A stretch of DNA of 57,604 nucleotides, from the NCBI GenBank assembly GCA_051439425.1, contig JBFRWD010000111.1:1-57604 (forward strand). The letters run 5' to 3'. A program made the translations under genes and the position numbers. This stretch comes from Synechococcus sp. (GTDB taxonomy: Bacteria; Cyanobacteriota; Cyanobacteriia; Thermostichales; PCC-7336). Each line of letters opens with the position of its first letter. The first letter of the stretch is position 1. The notes beneath the pieces are model-generated. The model ran no database searches and had not been told where the DNA came from. It was given only the letters and a program-made list of their open reading frames with translations. Below, one piece after another: positions 49,070 to 57,604 of the stretch.

Positions 49070-51073
49070 ATGGCATCAGACCTCACTCTCATTGTTGAAA
49101 TGGCTACCGTGATTGGTGCCGCAACTGCTGGTGGCTACGTCGCCAGCCGCCTCAAGCAGCCAGTGTTGCTGGGCTACTTGTTGGGAGGCATGCTGGTTGG
49201 TCCCAAAGTTCTGAGGCTTGTCACCCTTGAAGGGGATATCAGCGTTCTGGCTGAAATCGGGGTCGAGCTACTTCTGTTTGCCCTGGGGGTGGAATTTTCC
49301 CTCAAAGATCTGCTGCGCATGCGCAGGATAGCGATCGGTGGTGGCACCTTGCAAATTGTGCTGACCCTGCTGCTGGGAGGCGGCCTGGCCTATGCCACCG
49401 GCTGGGCATCCACGATTCCAAAGGCCGTGTTTTTGGGAGCAGTACTGTCCCTATCGTCTACTGCCGTTGTTCTCAAAAGCCTATTAGAGCGAAACGAAGT
49501 CAATTCCGCCCACGGGCAAATTATGCTGGCCATTCTGATCGTGCAAGATCTGGGGCTCGGCATTTTACTGGCCGTCTTACCCGTGTTGACTCGACCACCA
49601 GAGGAGATCGGCACTGCCCTGCTGATTGCACTGCTTAAAGTCACCGCTTTTCTAATTTGCGCCATCATGGCTGGCAAGTGGGTGATCCCACGCTTGGTGC
49701 GCACCATTGCTCGGCAGGGTTCCCAAGAACTGTTCCTGTTAGGCATCTTGGGGCTGTGTCTGGGGATTGCGCTGATTACGTCGGCTATCGGCTTGGGCAT
49801 CGAAATGGGAGCCTTTGTGGCCGGGGTGATGGTGTCGAATGTGGAGTATGCCGATCACGCTCTCGATCGCGTCTTGCCCATGCGGGACGTGTTCGCTACC
49901 CTCTTCTTTGCGTCTATTGGCCTGTTGATTGATCCCTTATTCCTGCTGGAAAACATTTGGGTGCTGGCAGGCTTAGTGGCGATCGCGATGGTGGGGAAAG
50001 CCCTGATTGTCACATCTATTGTTCGAGTGTTTGGCTACCCCCTCAGGACTGCGCTGACGGTGGGGATGGGACTGAATCAGATTGGAGAATTTTCGTTTGT
50101 GCTGGCTGGGGTGGCCCAAACCAGCGGTGTGTTTACCGAGCGTCTCTACGGCTTAGTGGTTGGCACAACGGCTGTGACCCTGCTTCTGACACCATTTGTG
50201 CTTCGGCTCACCCCCAGGTTGCTGCTGTGGATGGAGCGATCGCCCAGCCTAAATCCGTTCTTGCAAGCGAAGTCCCCCACATTGGTGGGGTTCGAAGAAA
50301 ACGAGCTAACCGACCACGTGATTGTGGCGGGATTTGGGCGTGTGGGTCAGACTCTGGTGCGCATGTTGGATTTTCAGCAGCACCCAATTTTAGTCATCGA
50401 TAACGACGAGGGAGTGCTGCAAACCCTGCGAGATCGCAAGATCCCTTACCTGTTGGGGGATGTCTCCAGCATGTTGGTGTTAGAAAAAGCCAACTTGTCG
50501 AAAGCTCGCACCATGGCCATCACCCTGCCTGACCCAATGGCCACCCGCCTCACCCTCAACCGCGCCCTCAGCCTAGCCCCCGAGCTTGACATCACGGCCC
50601 GCGCCCACGTCAACACTGAAATCGACACCCTTTACCAATTGGGGGCGCAGGAAGTTGTACAGCCGGAATTTGAAGCAGCACTGGAGATGGGAGCCCATAC
50701 TCTTCTGAAGTTGGGGGACTCCGCCTACATGGTCCAGCAGCTCGTCAATCGCTATCGCAACCGACGGTACCGAGACATTGTGCCCAAACGGGAGGAATAC
50801 TGGGGGTCTCGCCAGCTCGAACTGGCAGTTGAAGGGCTGGATCATCGCTGGTACGAACTGGACGATCGCAATTCGCTGGTCGGGAAAACCATCGTGGAAT
50901 CAAATCTGCGCAAGCTGACAGGGGCAACAATTATCGCGATCGAGCGCAAGAATCGACTGCGACGCTATCCCCTCGGCAGCACGACATTTAAGGCTGGCGA
51001 TCGCTTACTCGTGGTAGGTAACCCGGAGGAGCAGGATGCCTTCAATCAACTATTTCACGGGATTACAGCTTAG
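49070..51073 (+). CDS. CPA2/Kef-type cation:proton antiporter with RCK-N and RCK-C domains
   Basis: LAEIGV.LLLF.LG.EFS, SLSSTAVV, LIVQD, GAFVAG, QIGEFSFVL, IVAGFGRVG, C-terminal TrkA-C. Confidence 0.93.
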   Translation: MASDLTLIVEMATVIGAATAGGYVASRLKQPVLLGYLLGGMLVGPKVLRLVTLEGDISVLAEIGVELLLFALGVEFSLKDLLRMRRIAIGGGTLQIVLTLLLGGGLAYATGWASTIPKAVFLGAVLSLSSTAVVLKSLLERNEVNSAHGQIMLAILIVQDLGLGILLAVLPVLTRPPEEIGTALLIALLKVTAFLICAIMAGKWVIPRLVRTIARQGSQELFLLGILGLCLGIALITSAIGLGIEMGAFVAGVMVSNVEYADHALDRVLPMRDVFATLFFASIGLLIDPLFLLENIWVLAGLVAIAMVGKALIVTSIVRVFGYPLRTALTVGMGLNQIGEFSFVLAGVAQTSGVFTERLYGLVVGTTAVTLLLTPFVLRLTPRLLLWMERSPSLNPFLQAKSPTLVGFEENELTDHVIVAGFGRVGQTLVRMLDFQQHPILVIDNDEGVLQTLRDRKIPYLLGDVSSMLVLEKANLSKARTMAITLPDPMATRLTLNRALSLAPELDITARAHVNTEIDTLYQLGAQEVVQPEFEAALEMGAHTLLKLGDSAYMVQQLVNRYRNRRYRDIVPKREEYWGSRQLELAVEGLDHRWYELDDRNSLVGKTIVESNLRKLTGATIIAIERKNRLRRYPLGSTTFKAGDRLLVVGNPEEQDAFNQLFHGITA

Positions 51074-51086
51074 ATTTTCACGAGGT

Positions 51087-51137
51087 CAACACTTACACAA
51101 CGGCAACACTTACATACAGCTAACACTTACATAACGG
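51087..51137 (+). repeat. 17-bp tandem repeat x3
   Basis: caacacttacacaacgg / caacacttacatacagc / taacacttacataacgg. Confidence 0.85.
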
Positions 51138-51282
51138 CAACGACAGTGAGGGCGATGCACTCAGTGAGCGAGTCCAGTCGTCCAAAACGAAGCAGACATG
51201 AAGAAAACATAATGATTCCAAGTGGAGAATGCACTCGGCGCAAGCATAGTTTCTGTCAGACAGATTTAAGCGAAGCAGAGGC

Positions 51283-52806
51283 GTGGGAATGAAACGTAAA
51301 CTAATCACCACGATTTCTGTAGCAGCACTACTTGGGACTTGTGTCAGTGCTACTGCAGAAGTGACACAAGAGCAGCTCGACGCAATCACCACGCCGGACA
51401 CAGTTGAGACATCGATCGGGACGCTGCGCTTCATCGACGGCGCACCTCTGCCGGAAACTTCGGAGACGATCTACGACTACCTCGACACAATGCGGGGTGT
51501 GGATGCATTCCTGAAGGGCATTCCCGCGGCCTCCATCTACATGCTGATCGAGGGTGTAAAGCCACTTGGCGCCGTAGAGGCGCATCAGGTCGGTATCTTT
51601 GATGAGTTGATGGACTCCAACTCGCTGTTCCTGACAGGCAACAGCTCAACCATGTATGTCACACCAAACCTCGAGCTAGACCGCGACGGTCCCACCGTTC
51701 TGGAGATCCCGCCGGGCATGCTCGGAGCCTTCAACGACGCCTATTTCCGCTACATCGAAGATGTTGGCCCCGCCGGGCCCGACGGCGGCGAAGGCGGGCG
51801 ATATTTAGTTCTTCCTCCGGGCTACGAGGGCGAGGTGCCGAACGAGGGCTATTTCGTGGTCCAGTCCCCAAGCTATACCGTCTGGACCTTGCTTCGGGCC
51901 TCGGTTGCCGATGGAATCGACGTCGCCCGTGACAACATCGTCGAGAACATGCGGGTCTACCCGCTCAGCCAAGCGGACAATCCGCCGGAGATGGAGTTCA
52001 TCAGCCTCTCGGGCGAGTCTTTCAACACCGTCCACGCCAACAACTTCCAGTTTTACGAAGAGCTTAATGCGGTTGTGCAACGGGAGCCAATCGACCTTTT
52101 CCCCGAAGAGACACGCGGTCTCTGGGCGTCGATCGGGCTCGCCAAAGGCCAGCCATTCGAGCCGGATGAGCGGATGCGCGCCATCCTTGAGGATGCCGTC
52201 TCCATCGGGAATGCGGCGGCCCGGTCTATTGTTTGGCATCCACGCACCAACTGGAATATGAGGGGCCTTCAGACGTTTGAAGGTTTGAACTGGAACACGG
52301 CCTTCCTCAACACCAACGTTTTCTTTGATGGTGAAGATGGACAGACCGTGAACACCGATGCGCGGGTGACGTTCCACTACCCGTACACGGTTGTGACGCC
52401 CGCCATGGCTCAGCCGCGCGCAGGAACAGGTTCAGACTATCGGATCGCGTTCCTCGATTCAGAAGACGAGCCGTTTGACGGCTCAAGAGTCTATCGGGTG
52501 ACCCTGCCGCCCGATCCGCCGGCCGAAGATTTCTGGGCCTTTACGCTCTATGACTCCCAGACTCGGTCTATGTTGCAGACCGAGCAGCCACTTCCAACGG
52601 TTGACAGCATCCAGAACGATCCCGTCCTCAACGATGACGGCTCTATCGACGTCTACTTCGCGCCCGAGGCTCCGGAGGGCTTCGAAGAAAACTGGGTGCA
52701 AACAGTTCCTGAAAAGAGCTTCTTTGTCATCCTTCGGATGTACGGCCCCCGCCAGGAGTGGCTGGACGGAGAATATATCCCGGGCGAAGTCACGCTAGTG
52801 GAATAA
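51283..52806 (+). CDS. Exported DUF1254/DUF1214 protein (copy A)
   Basis: Signal peptide, TPD.VET.IGTL.F.DG.P, GPD.G.GG.YL.LPPGY, FWAFTLYD, DGSIDVYFAPEAP, LRMYGP. Confidence 0.88.
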   Translation: MGMKRKLITTISVAALLGTCVSATAEVTQEQLDAITTPDTVETSIGTLRFIDGAPLPETSETIYDYLDTMRGVDAFLKGIPAASIYMLIEGVKPLGAVEAHQVGIFDELMDSNSLFLTGNSSTMYVTPNLELDRDGPTVLEIPPGMLGAFNDAYFRYIEDVGPAGPDGGEGGRYLVLPPGYEGEVPNEGYFVVQSPSYTVWTLLRASVADGIDVARDNIVENMRVYPLSQADNPPEMEFISLSGESFNTVHANNFQFYEELNAVVQREPIDLFPEETRGLWASIGLAKGQPFEPDERMRAILEDAVSIGNAAARSIVWHPRTNWNMRGLQTFEGLNWNTAFLNTNVFFDGEDGQTVNTDARVTFHYPYTVVTPAMAQPRAGTGSDYRIAFLDSEDEPFDGSRVYRVTLPPDPPAEDFWAFTLYDSQTRSMLQTEQPLPTVDSIQNDPVLNDDGSIDVYFAPEAPEGFEENWVQTVPEKSFFVILRMYGPRQEWLDGEYIPGEVTLVE

Positions 52807-53039
52807 GCGATCGCGGGGCCTGCTCAAATGCGGGCTCCCCTTGCCACATGGTTGATAGTGCTTTTGCTGGACTTGAATAGAGAGTTCTCGGCAGCTCGCA
52901 GCGATCGCTAGTCAATCCTGTCGAAAAGCAGACAAAGAAGTGATGCTTGCAGCAATGAAGAAAACATAATGATTTCAAGTGGAGAGTACACTCGGCGCAA
53001 CCATAGTCCCTGTCAGAGAGATTGAAGAGAGGCAGAGGC

Positions 53040-54564
53040 ATGGGAATGCAAAGCAAGCTCATAAGTACGATTTCCGTAGCCGCACTACTTGGAACTTGTG
53101 CCAGTGCTACTGCAGAAGTGACACAAGAGCAGCTCGACGCAATCACCACGCCGGACACAGTCGAGACGTCGATTGGCACGCTGCGCTTCATCGACGGCGC
53201 ACCTCTGCCGGAAACCTCAGAGACAATCTACGACTACCTCGACACCATGCGGGGGGTGGACACCTTCCTGAAGGGCATCCCTGCGGCATCCATCTACGCA
53301 ATCATCGAAGGCACCTACAGTCTGGGCGCGGAAGAGGCGCACCAGGTCGTGATCTTCGACGATCTAGCAACCCCAGCACAGCTTGGTCTTACCTACAACT
53401 CAACCACGATGTATATCTTCCCGACGCTCGATCTGGAGCGGGACGGGCCGACCGTGGTGGAAGTCCCGGCCGGAGCACTCGGAGCACTCAACGATGCATA
53501 TTTTCGCTACGTGACGGATGTCGGTCCTGCCGGCCCTGATGGGGGTGAGGGAGGTCGATATCTCATCCTTCCTCCCGGCTATGAAGGAGACATTCCTGAA
53601 GGTTATCTCGTCGTTGATAATGCCCAAACATACCGACACTGGCTCTTGATACGCTACTCGGTAGCCGACGGCGTTGAAGAAGCCTCTGAGTACATCAGAG
53701 CTAACCTCAAGATCTATCCTTTGTCTGAAGCCGACAACCCGCCCGAGATGGAGTTCATCAATGGTTCGGCGGAAGAGTGGAACAGCGTCCATGCCAATAA
53801 CTTCCTGTTCTACGAAGAACTGAATGCCGTGGTTCAGCAAGAACCGATCGACTTCCTCGATCCCGAGACACGCGGTCTCTTCGCCTCCATCGGGATCGCC
53901 AAAGGCCAGCCATTTGAGCCAGATGAACGAATGCGCGCCATCCTTGAGGACGCTGTCGCCATCGGAAATGCGGCGGCCCGCTCGATCGTCTGGCACCCAC
54001 GCACCAACTGGAATATGGCTGGCCTTCAGACCTTTGAAGGACTGAACTGGAACACGGGCTTCCTTAACGCCAACGTGTTCTTTAACGGTGAAGATGGGCA
54101 AACCATGAACACGGACGCCCGGGTGACGTTCCACTACCCCTACACCGTGGTCACTCCTGCTATGGCACAGCCACAAGCTGGAACCGGATCTGATTACCGG
54201 ATCGCGTATCTCGATGCGGACGACGAACCCTTTGATGGGTCTCAGGTCTATCGGGTGACGCTGCCACCGAACCCACCAGCGGATGATTTTTGGGCCTTCA
54301 CACTTTATGACGCACAGACCCGGTCCCATGTTGCAAACCGACCAGCCGTTGCCGTCGATCGATAGCCTCCAGAACGATCCCGTCATCAACGATGACGGAT
54401 CCATCGACATCTACTTCGCACCCGAGGCACCTGAAGGTTGGGAAGACAACTGGGTGCAAACCATTCCGGGCAAGAGTTGGTTCGTGGTCCTGCGGATGTA
54501 TGGCCCCCGCCAGGAATGGCTGGACGGCGAATACATCCCCGGCGAAGTCACGCTAATGGAATAA
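53040..54564 (+). pseudogene. DUF1254/DUF1214 paralog (copy B) with a +1 frameshift near 54325-54327
   Basis: Copy A reads CGG TCT ATG TTG (RSML). Copy B reads CGG TCC C ATG TTG, and the matching C-terminus continues in the ORF ending at 54564. Confidence 0.85.
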
Positions 54565-54669
54565 ACGAACGCGGGACCTGCTGCTCAACTGTGGGCTCCC
54601 TGCCACCTTCAGTCCAGGTCCTGCCCATCGTGCGGGACACGCCAAGACCCAACCACAGAAGCTACGCTC

Positions 54670-55653
54670 ATGAAAAAGATACTTCCCATTGCTCTCACAG
54701 CTGCATTGATGTCCACCAGCAGCGCGCTGGCCGAGCCGATCGCTGTCACTGAGGATAACTTCGCCCAAGCCTATACCAATCTGCGGTTTGCTCGAATCAT
54801 CGAATTGGCTGGCGGGGTGAACACCTTTCGGATCATGCCGGTCCCATCCAGCGATCCCGCCGAACAATTTGTCGTCCGGATGAACCGGGATACCCTCTAT
54901 TCGACCTCCGTGTTCGATGTCTCGGACGGCGATGTTTACATCACGATCCCCGAGACGGACGAGTATGTAACGATCCAGATTGTGGACGAAAACCATGAGA
55001 CCCAGCCGATGATCTATGGGCCGGGACGCCACAACATCACCGCGAAGACGGACTTCGCCTTCGTCATCATTCGCACGCTCGATCCTGAGCTGCGAGAAAA
55101 CGTCGTCGTCGAGGCGGGTGAGCCGGACGAGTTCGTCGTTCAGGACTGGGACATGGAATCCTTTGCCGACATGGAAGCCGTCGGTAACGCGGATTTCAGC
55201 GACGGCTACATTCAAGCCAGAGCCTTTGGAAATACTGAAAGTGGCCAGACCCCGTACATGAATTTTGTCGGCGCGGCCGGTGGCTGGGGCGGTGCGATGA
55301 TCACGGACAACATCTACCAGACCAGCCAGTACTTTGATGCCGATGGCTGCTATGAGGTAACCTTCGTCGATCCTGAGGCCGAGTTTTTCTGGTCGGCCAC
55401 GGTCTATAACGGCGACGGCTATCTCTTCAACGAGATCGGCAATATCTCCAGCGAGATGGACCCCGAGCAGAATGCAGACGGTACGTACACGCTGCGGTTT
55501 GGCTGCGACGGTCAGCCAAACAACATCCCCACTATGGAAGGCAACACGACGGGACGATTCAACGTGCTAATGCGCCACTACGGCCCGAGCGAGATGGTCT
55601 TCCAGGGGCTCGACGGCTACAACATCACCACAATGATCGATCGGGTGGAGTGA
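54670..55653 (+). CDS. Exported short DUF1254/DUF1214 protein
   Basis: Signal peptide (ALA), VVRMNRDTLYS, GWGG, FWSATVYN, NADGTYTLRFG, MRHYGP. Confidence 0.85.
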   Translation: MKKILPIALTAALMSTSSALAEPIAVTEDNFAQAYTNLRFARIIELAGGVNTFRIMPVPSSDPAEQFVVRMNRDTLYSTSVFDVSDGDVYITIPETDEYVTIQIVDENHETQPMIYGPGRHNITAKTDFAFVIIRTLDPELRENVVVEAGEPDEFVVQDWDMESFADMEAVGNADFSDGYIQARAFGNTESGQTPYMNFVGAAGGWGGAMITDNIYQTSQYFDADGCYEVTFVDPEAEFFWSATVYNGDGYLFNEIGNISSEMDPEQNADGTYTLRFGCDGQPNNIPTMEGNTTGRFNVLMRHYGPSEMVFQGLDGYNITTMIDRVE

Positions 55654-55800
55654 CTCGGGTAGAACCATTAAAGGCCCACGGATTACCGAAACTTGAGGGC
55701 GTACTCGCCCTAAATGACATGATCTGTCACCAGCAGAGGATGGTGCAAGTGGGCATAGCCCTCTTCATCAACATGTAACTCCCAAAGGTAAGGACGAAAG

Positions 55801-56211
55801 ATGAAGACGGTGCATATCCTGACGTATGTAATGGCCGCGGTGTTCATCCTTGGGGAGACATTACGACGCGGTGTCGACTATTTCTCGATCAATTCCACAA
55901 CGATGATTGAAGACTATCTCTGTGGTCTCTTGCTGTTGTCGGCAGCGATCGCCTTTCACCGCGGGGGCTTCTTTGCGGCGGCTCTCATGTCGTCGGCCTG
56001 GGCATACGGTACCGGCGGCATGTTCGTTCCGTTCGCAGCCCATCTGGAAGCGTGGATTCGCGGCGAGACATTCCGGCCCGATCATCCACATGATGATCTA
56101 AACTCCGTCATTCTCAAGGGTGTAATCTGGGCAGTTTGCCTAGTGTGCTTCGCGATCTCGCTCCGGAACGTGACCAAACCGTCCGCTCTAAGGTCTGGAG
56201 CCTCTAAATAG
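55801..56211 (+). CDS. Hypothetical 4-TM membrane protein
   Basis: GGA RBS-like site, ATG start and four hydrophobic segments. The last ~9 codons derive from MITE copy 5. Confidence 0.7.
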   Translation: MKTVHILTYVMAAVFILGETLRRGVDYFSINSTTMIEDYLCGLLLLSAAIAFHRGGFFAAALMSSAWAYGTGGMFVPFAAHLEAWIRGETFRPDHPHDDLNSVILKGVIWAVCLVCFAISLRNVTKPSALRSGASK

Positions 56212-56278
56212 CTCAACGTCTTAATTGACAAGATGAGACGAATAGAACCCTTTTTGTAACAGATTGGCGATCGCTACA
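56174..56278 (+). mobile_element. MITE-like repeat A, copy 5 (left 8 bp lost)
   Basis: TCCGCTCTAAGGTCTGGAG at 56182 and GTAACAGATTGGCGATCGCTACA ending at 56278 keep the 105-bp register. Confidence 0.75.
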
Positions 56279-57231
56279 GTCATTAAGACGACCCCGGTTT
56301 GACAGTTGAGTCAGCCAATCTAATCTAGCGATGCTTGGCGATTGAGCTCATCATTCATTAATCGCATTAATCGCTGCGTCCGCTTCAGTTCCCTCAATTG
56401 CTCGGCTTGCCGATCGATGGTTGCCTGCATCTGTTCCAGAATGCGATACATCTCGGCAGGATTCAGCAATCTGAGAATATCCGTTTGATGGACCAAACCA
56501 GCAATTTCACCCGTCGGTTGCACCACCACCAACCGGCGAATGTGTTTGTGACGCATGATTTCGAGAACAGACCATAACCAGTCACCTGATTGCACGGTGA
56601 ACAGTGGCTGACTCATCACCGTTCCTGCTGGTGTCTTGGCGACATCCAGCCCCAAAGTATGAAATTGTGCAATATCTCGCTCGGTGATGATGCCCAACGG
56701 ATGGTGCGTGGCCGGGTCCGTAATGATGATGCAACTAACCGATAAGTCCGTCATCCGTTGGGCTATCTGCAGTACAGATTCATCCGCTTGCCCCTCGACG
56801 ATTGTGGAGATGAGGGCATCTTTCGTCCGAATATTGCGGAGAAAATGCTCGGGGGTCATTGAGTCGCTGATGCTCTGAGGAGTCAGTACTCCCAACAATT
56901 TTTCCGCGCGATCGACAACAGGAATATGCCGAACTCCATGCTCTCTAAACAGTTTTGAGACTTGAAAAATATCGCCAATTTCACTATCCCGAATCACAAT
57001 CGTGTTGCGGGTCATTACATCGGCGAGTGTTAGATCGTGCAAATCCTGTTGAGACGAGATCAATTGCACAATATCTCGCTCGGTAAAGATGCCTTTCAGG
57101 CCTTCTTTATCAAGCACAAGCACAAAGCTCATCCTGTTCCCCACCATCTGAGCTACAGCAGCAGCAACAGTCTGAGATGGAGGTAGAGTCAGGAGCGGAA
57201 CTTGCAGAAGTTTGGCCGTATTCTCCAGCAC
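56279..57231 (-). pseudogene. Four-CBS-domain sensor with coiled coil; truncated remnant of a CBS-GGDEF diguanylate cyclase (ORF 56320-57231)
   Basis: Two Bateman modules (GIFTERDIV, GIITERDI) and a coiled coil ending RQASLD*. Removing a 5-bp duplication restores SLDWLTQLSNRGRLND, the canonical GGDEF N-terminal DxLTxLxNR motif. Confidence 0.8.
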
Positions 57232-57429
57232 GAGCCGGTACGAAGGGTTAGGGCATCGAGTAACTTGACTCTATGGTAGCCAGATCTCCATCCATCATGC
57301 TCTAACCAAAGCTGTCATACGTTAGCAATCACCAAGCCAATACCACCCGCGATCTCATTTTTGTCAAGATACCGAGCATACCAGTAGCGAAGCCCCTCGC
57401 TAACCCCAACTGCAGCGAAATAGACCGGG

Positions 57430-57492
57430 TTGGTCCTTGGTCCTTAGTTCCGATCGTTGACCAATGACTAATGACCAATGACCAATGACTAG
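57430..57492. repeat. Inverted STRR-like heptamer arrays
   Basis: (TTGGTCC)x2-TTAGTTC, then CGATCG, then TGACCAA/TGACTAA-type units x5. Confidence 0.85.
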
Positions 57493-57604
57493 TCCCCTAA
57501 AACCCACCCCCGCCCCCCGCGCCCCGCGGATCGGCAGCCCCCTGTAACCCCCCATCCCGCCTCACCACCATCGCCCCCGCAATTCCCCACCCCACACAGT
57601 CATC

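Larger units (their letters stand above)
1..57604. repeat. HIP1 octamer (GCGATCGC) dispersed throughout the window
   Basis: Many exact copies, e.g. 52807, 52901, 56267. HIP1 over-representation is a hallmark of cyanobacterial genomes. Confidence 0.95.

Noticed and set aside
51087..51141. Short repeats (also 22323, 40691, 32754) as CRISPR arrays
   Set aside because: The units are contiguous with no unique spacers, and no cas genes are present.
51212..51292. 26-aa leader peptide (MIPSGECTRRKHSFC...) upstream of DUF1254 copy A
   Set aside because: The equivalent frame in copy B stops early and changes a Cys, so there is no sign of coding constraint.
52876..52912. Possible repeat A right-end remnant between the two DUF1254 copies
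   Set aside because: The similarity rests mostly on a HIP1 site and a few bases, which is too weak to call.
53400..54410. 336-aa minus-strand ORF (also 51805-52377 and 54553-55215)
   Set aside because: Antisense shadows of GC3-biased DUF1254 genes with no recognisable motifs.

Overview
This is a cyanobacterial chromosomal segment. HIP1 (GCGATCGC) is abundant, psaE, psaM, psbP, Yfr1 and pirC/cfrA are present, and the divergent proteins suggest an early-branching unicellular lineage (inference only). Most of the window is housekeeping: surE, murA, cimA, SRP RNA, trmFO, tmk-holB, relA/spoT, radC, tRNA-His, tatA, dprA, minCDE, ubiD and a Kef-type antiporter. The accessory parts are a tandem pair of GT-C-like polytopic membrane proteins, a cadherin/CBM-like protein, and a foreign-looking cluster of three DUF1254/DUF1214 genes, one of them frameshifted. 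Features the ORF track does not show include Yfr1, ffs, tRNA-His, psaM and a textbook NtcA promoter for pirC. There is also a dispersed 105-bp TATAGC...GCTATA MITE-like family (5 near-full copies, 1 partial, 1 degenerate), a second shorter repeat, and inverted heptamer (STRR-like) arrays. At the right end, a CBS-GGDEF diguanylate cyclase was cut off by a 5-bp duplication and a MITE copy, which also supplies the C-terminus of the neighbouring gene. I found no CRISPR array, prophage, transposase or defence island. The best candidates for undescribed biology are the MITE family, a possible Rad52/Erf-like protein behind minCDE near dprA, the GT-C pair, an RS/Gly-rich membrane-anchored protein and the DUF1254 cluster. 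None can be confirmed as novel without database searches.
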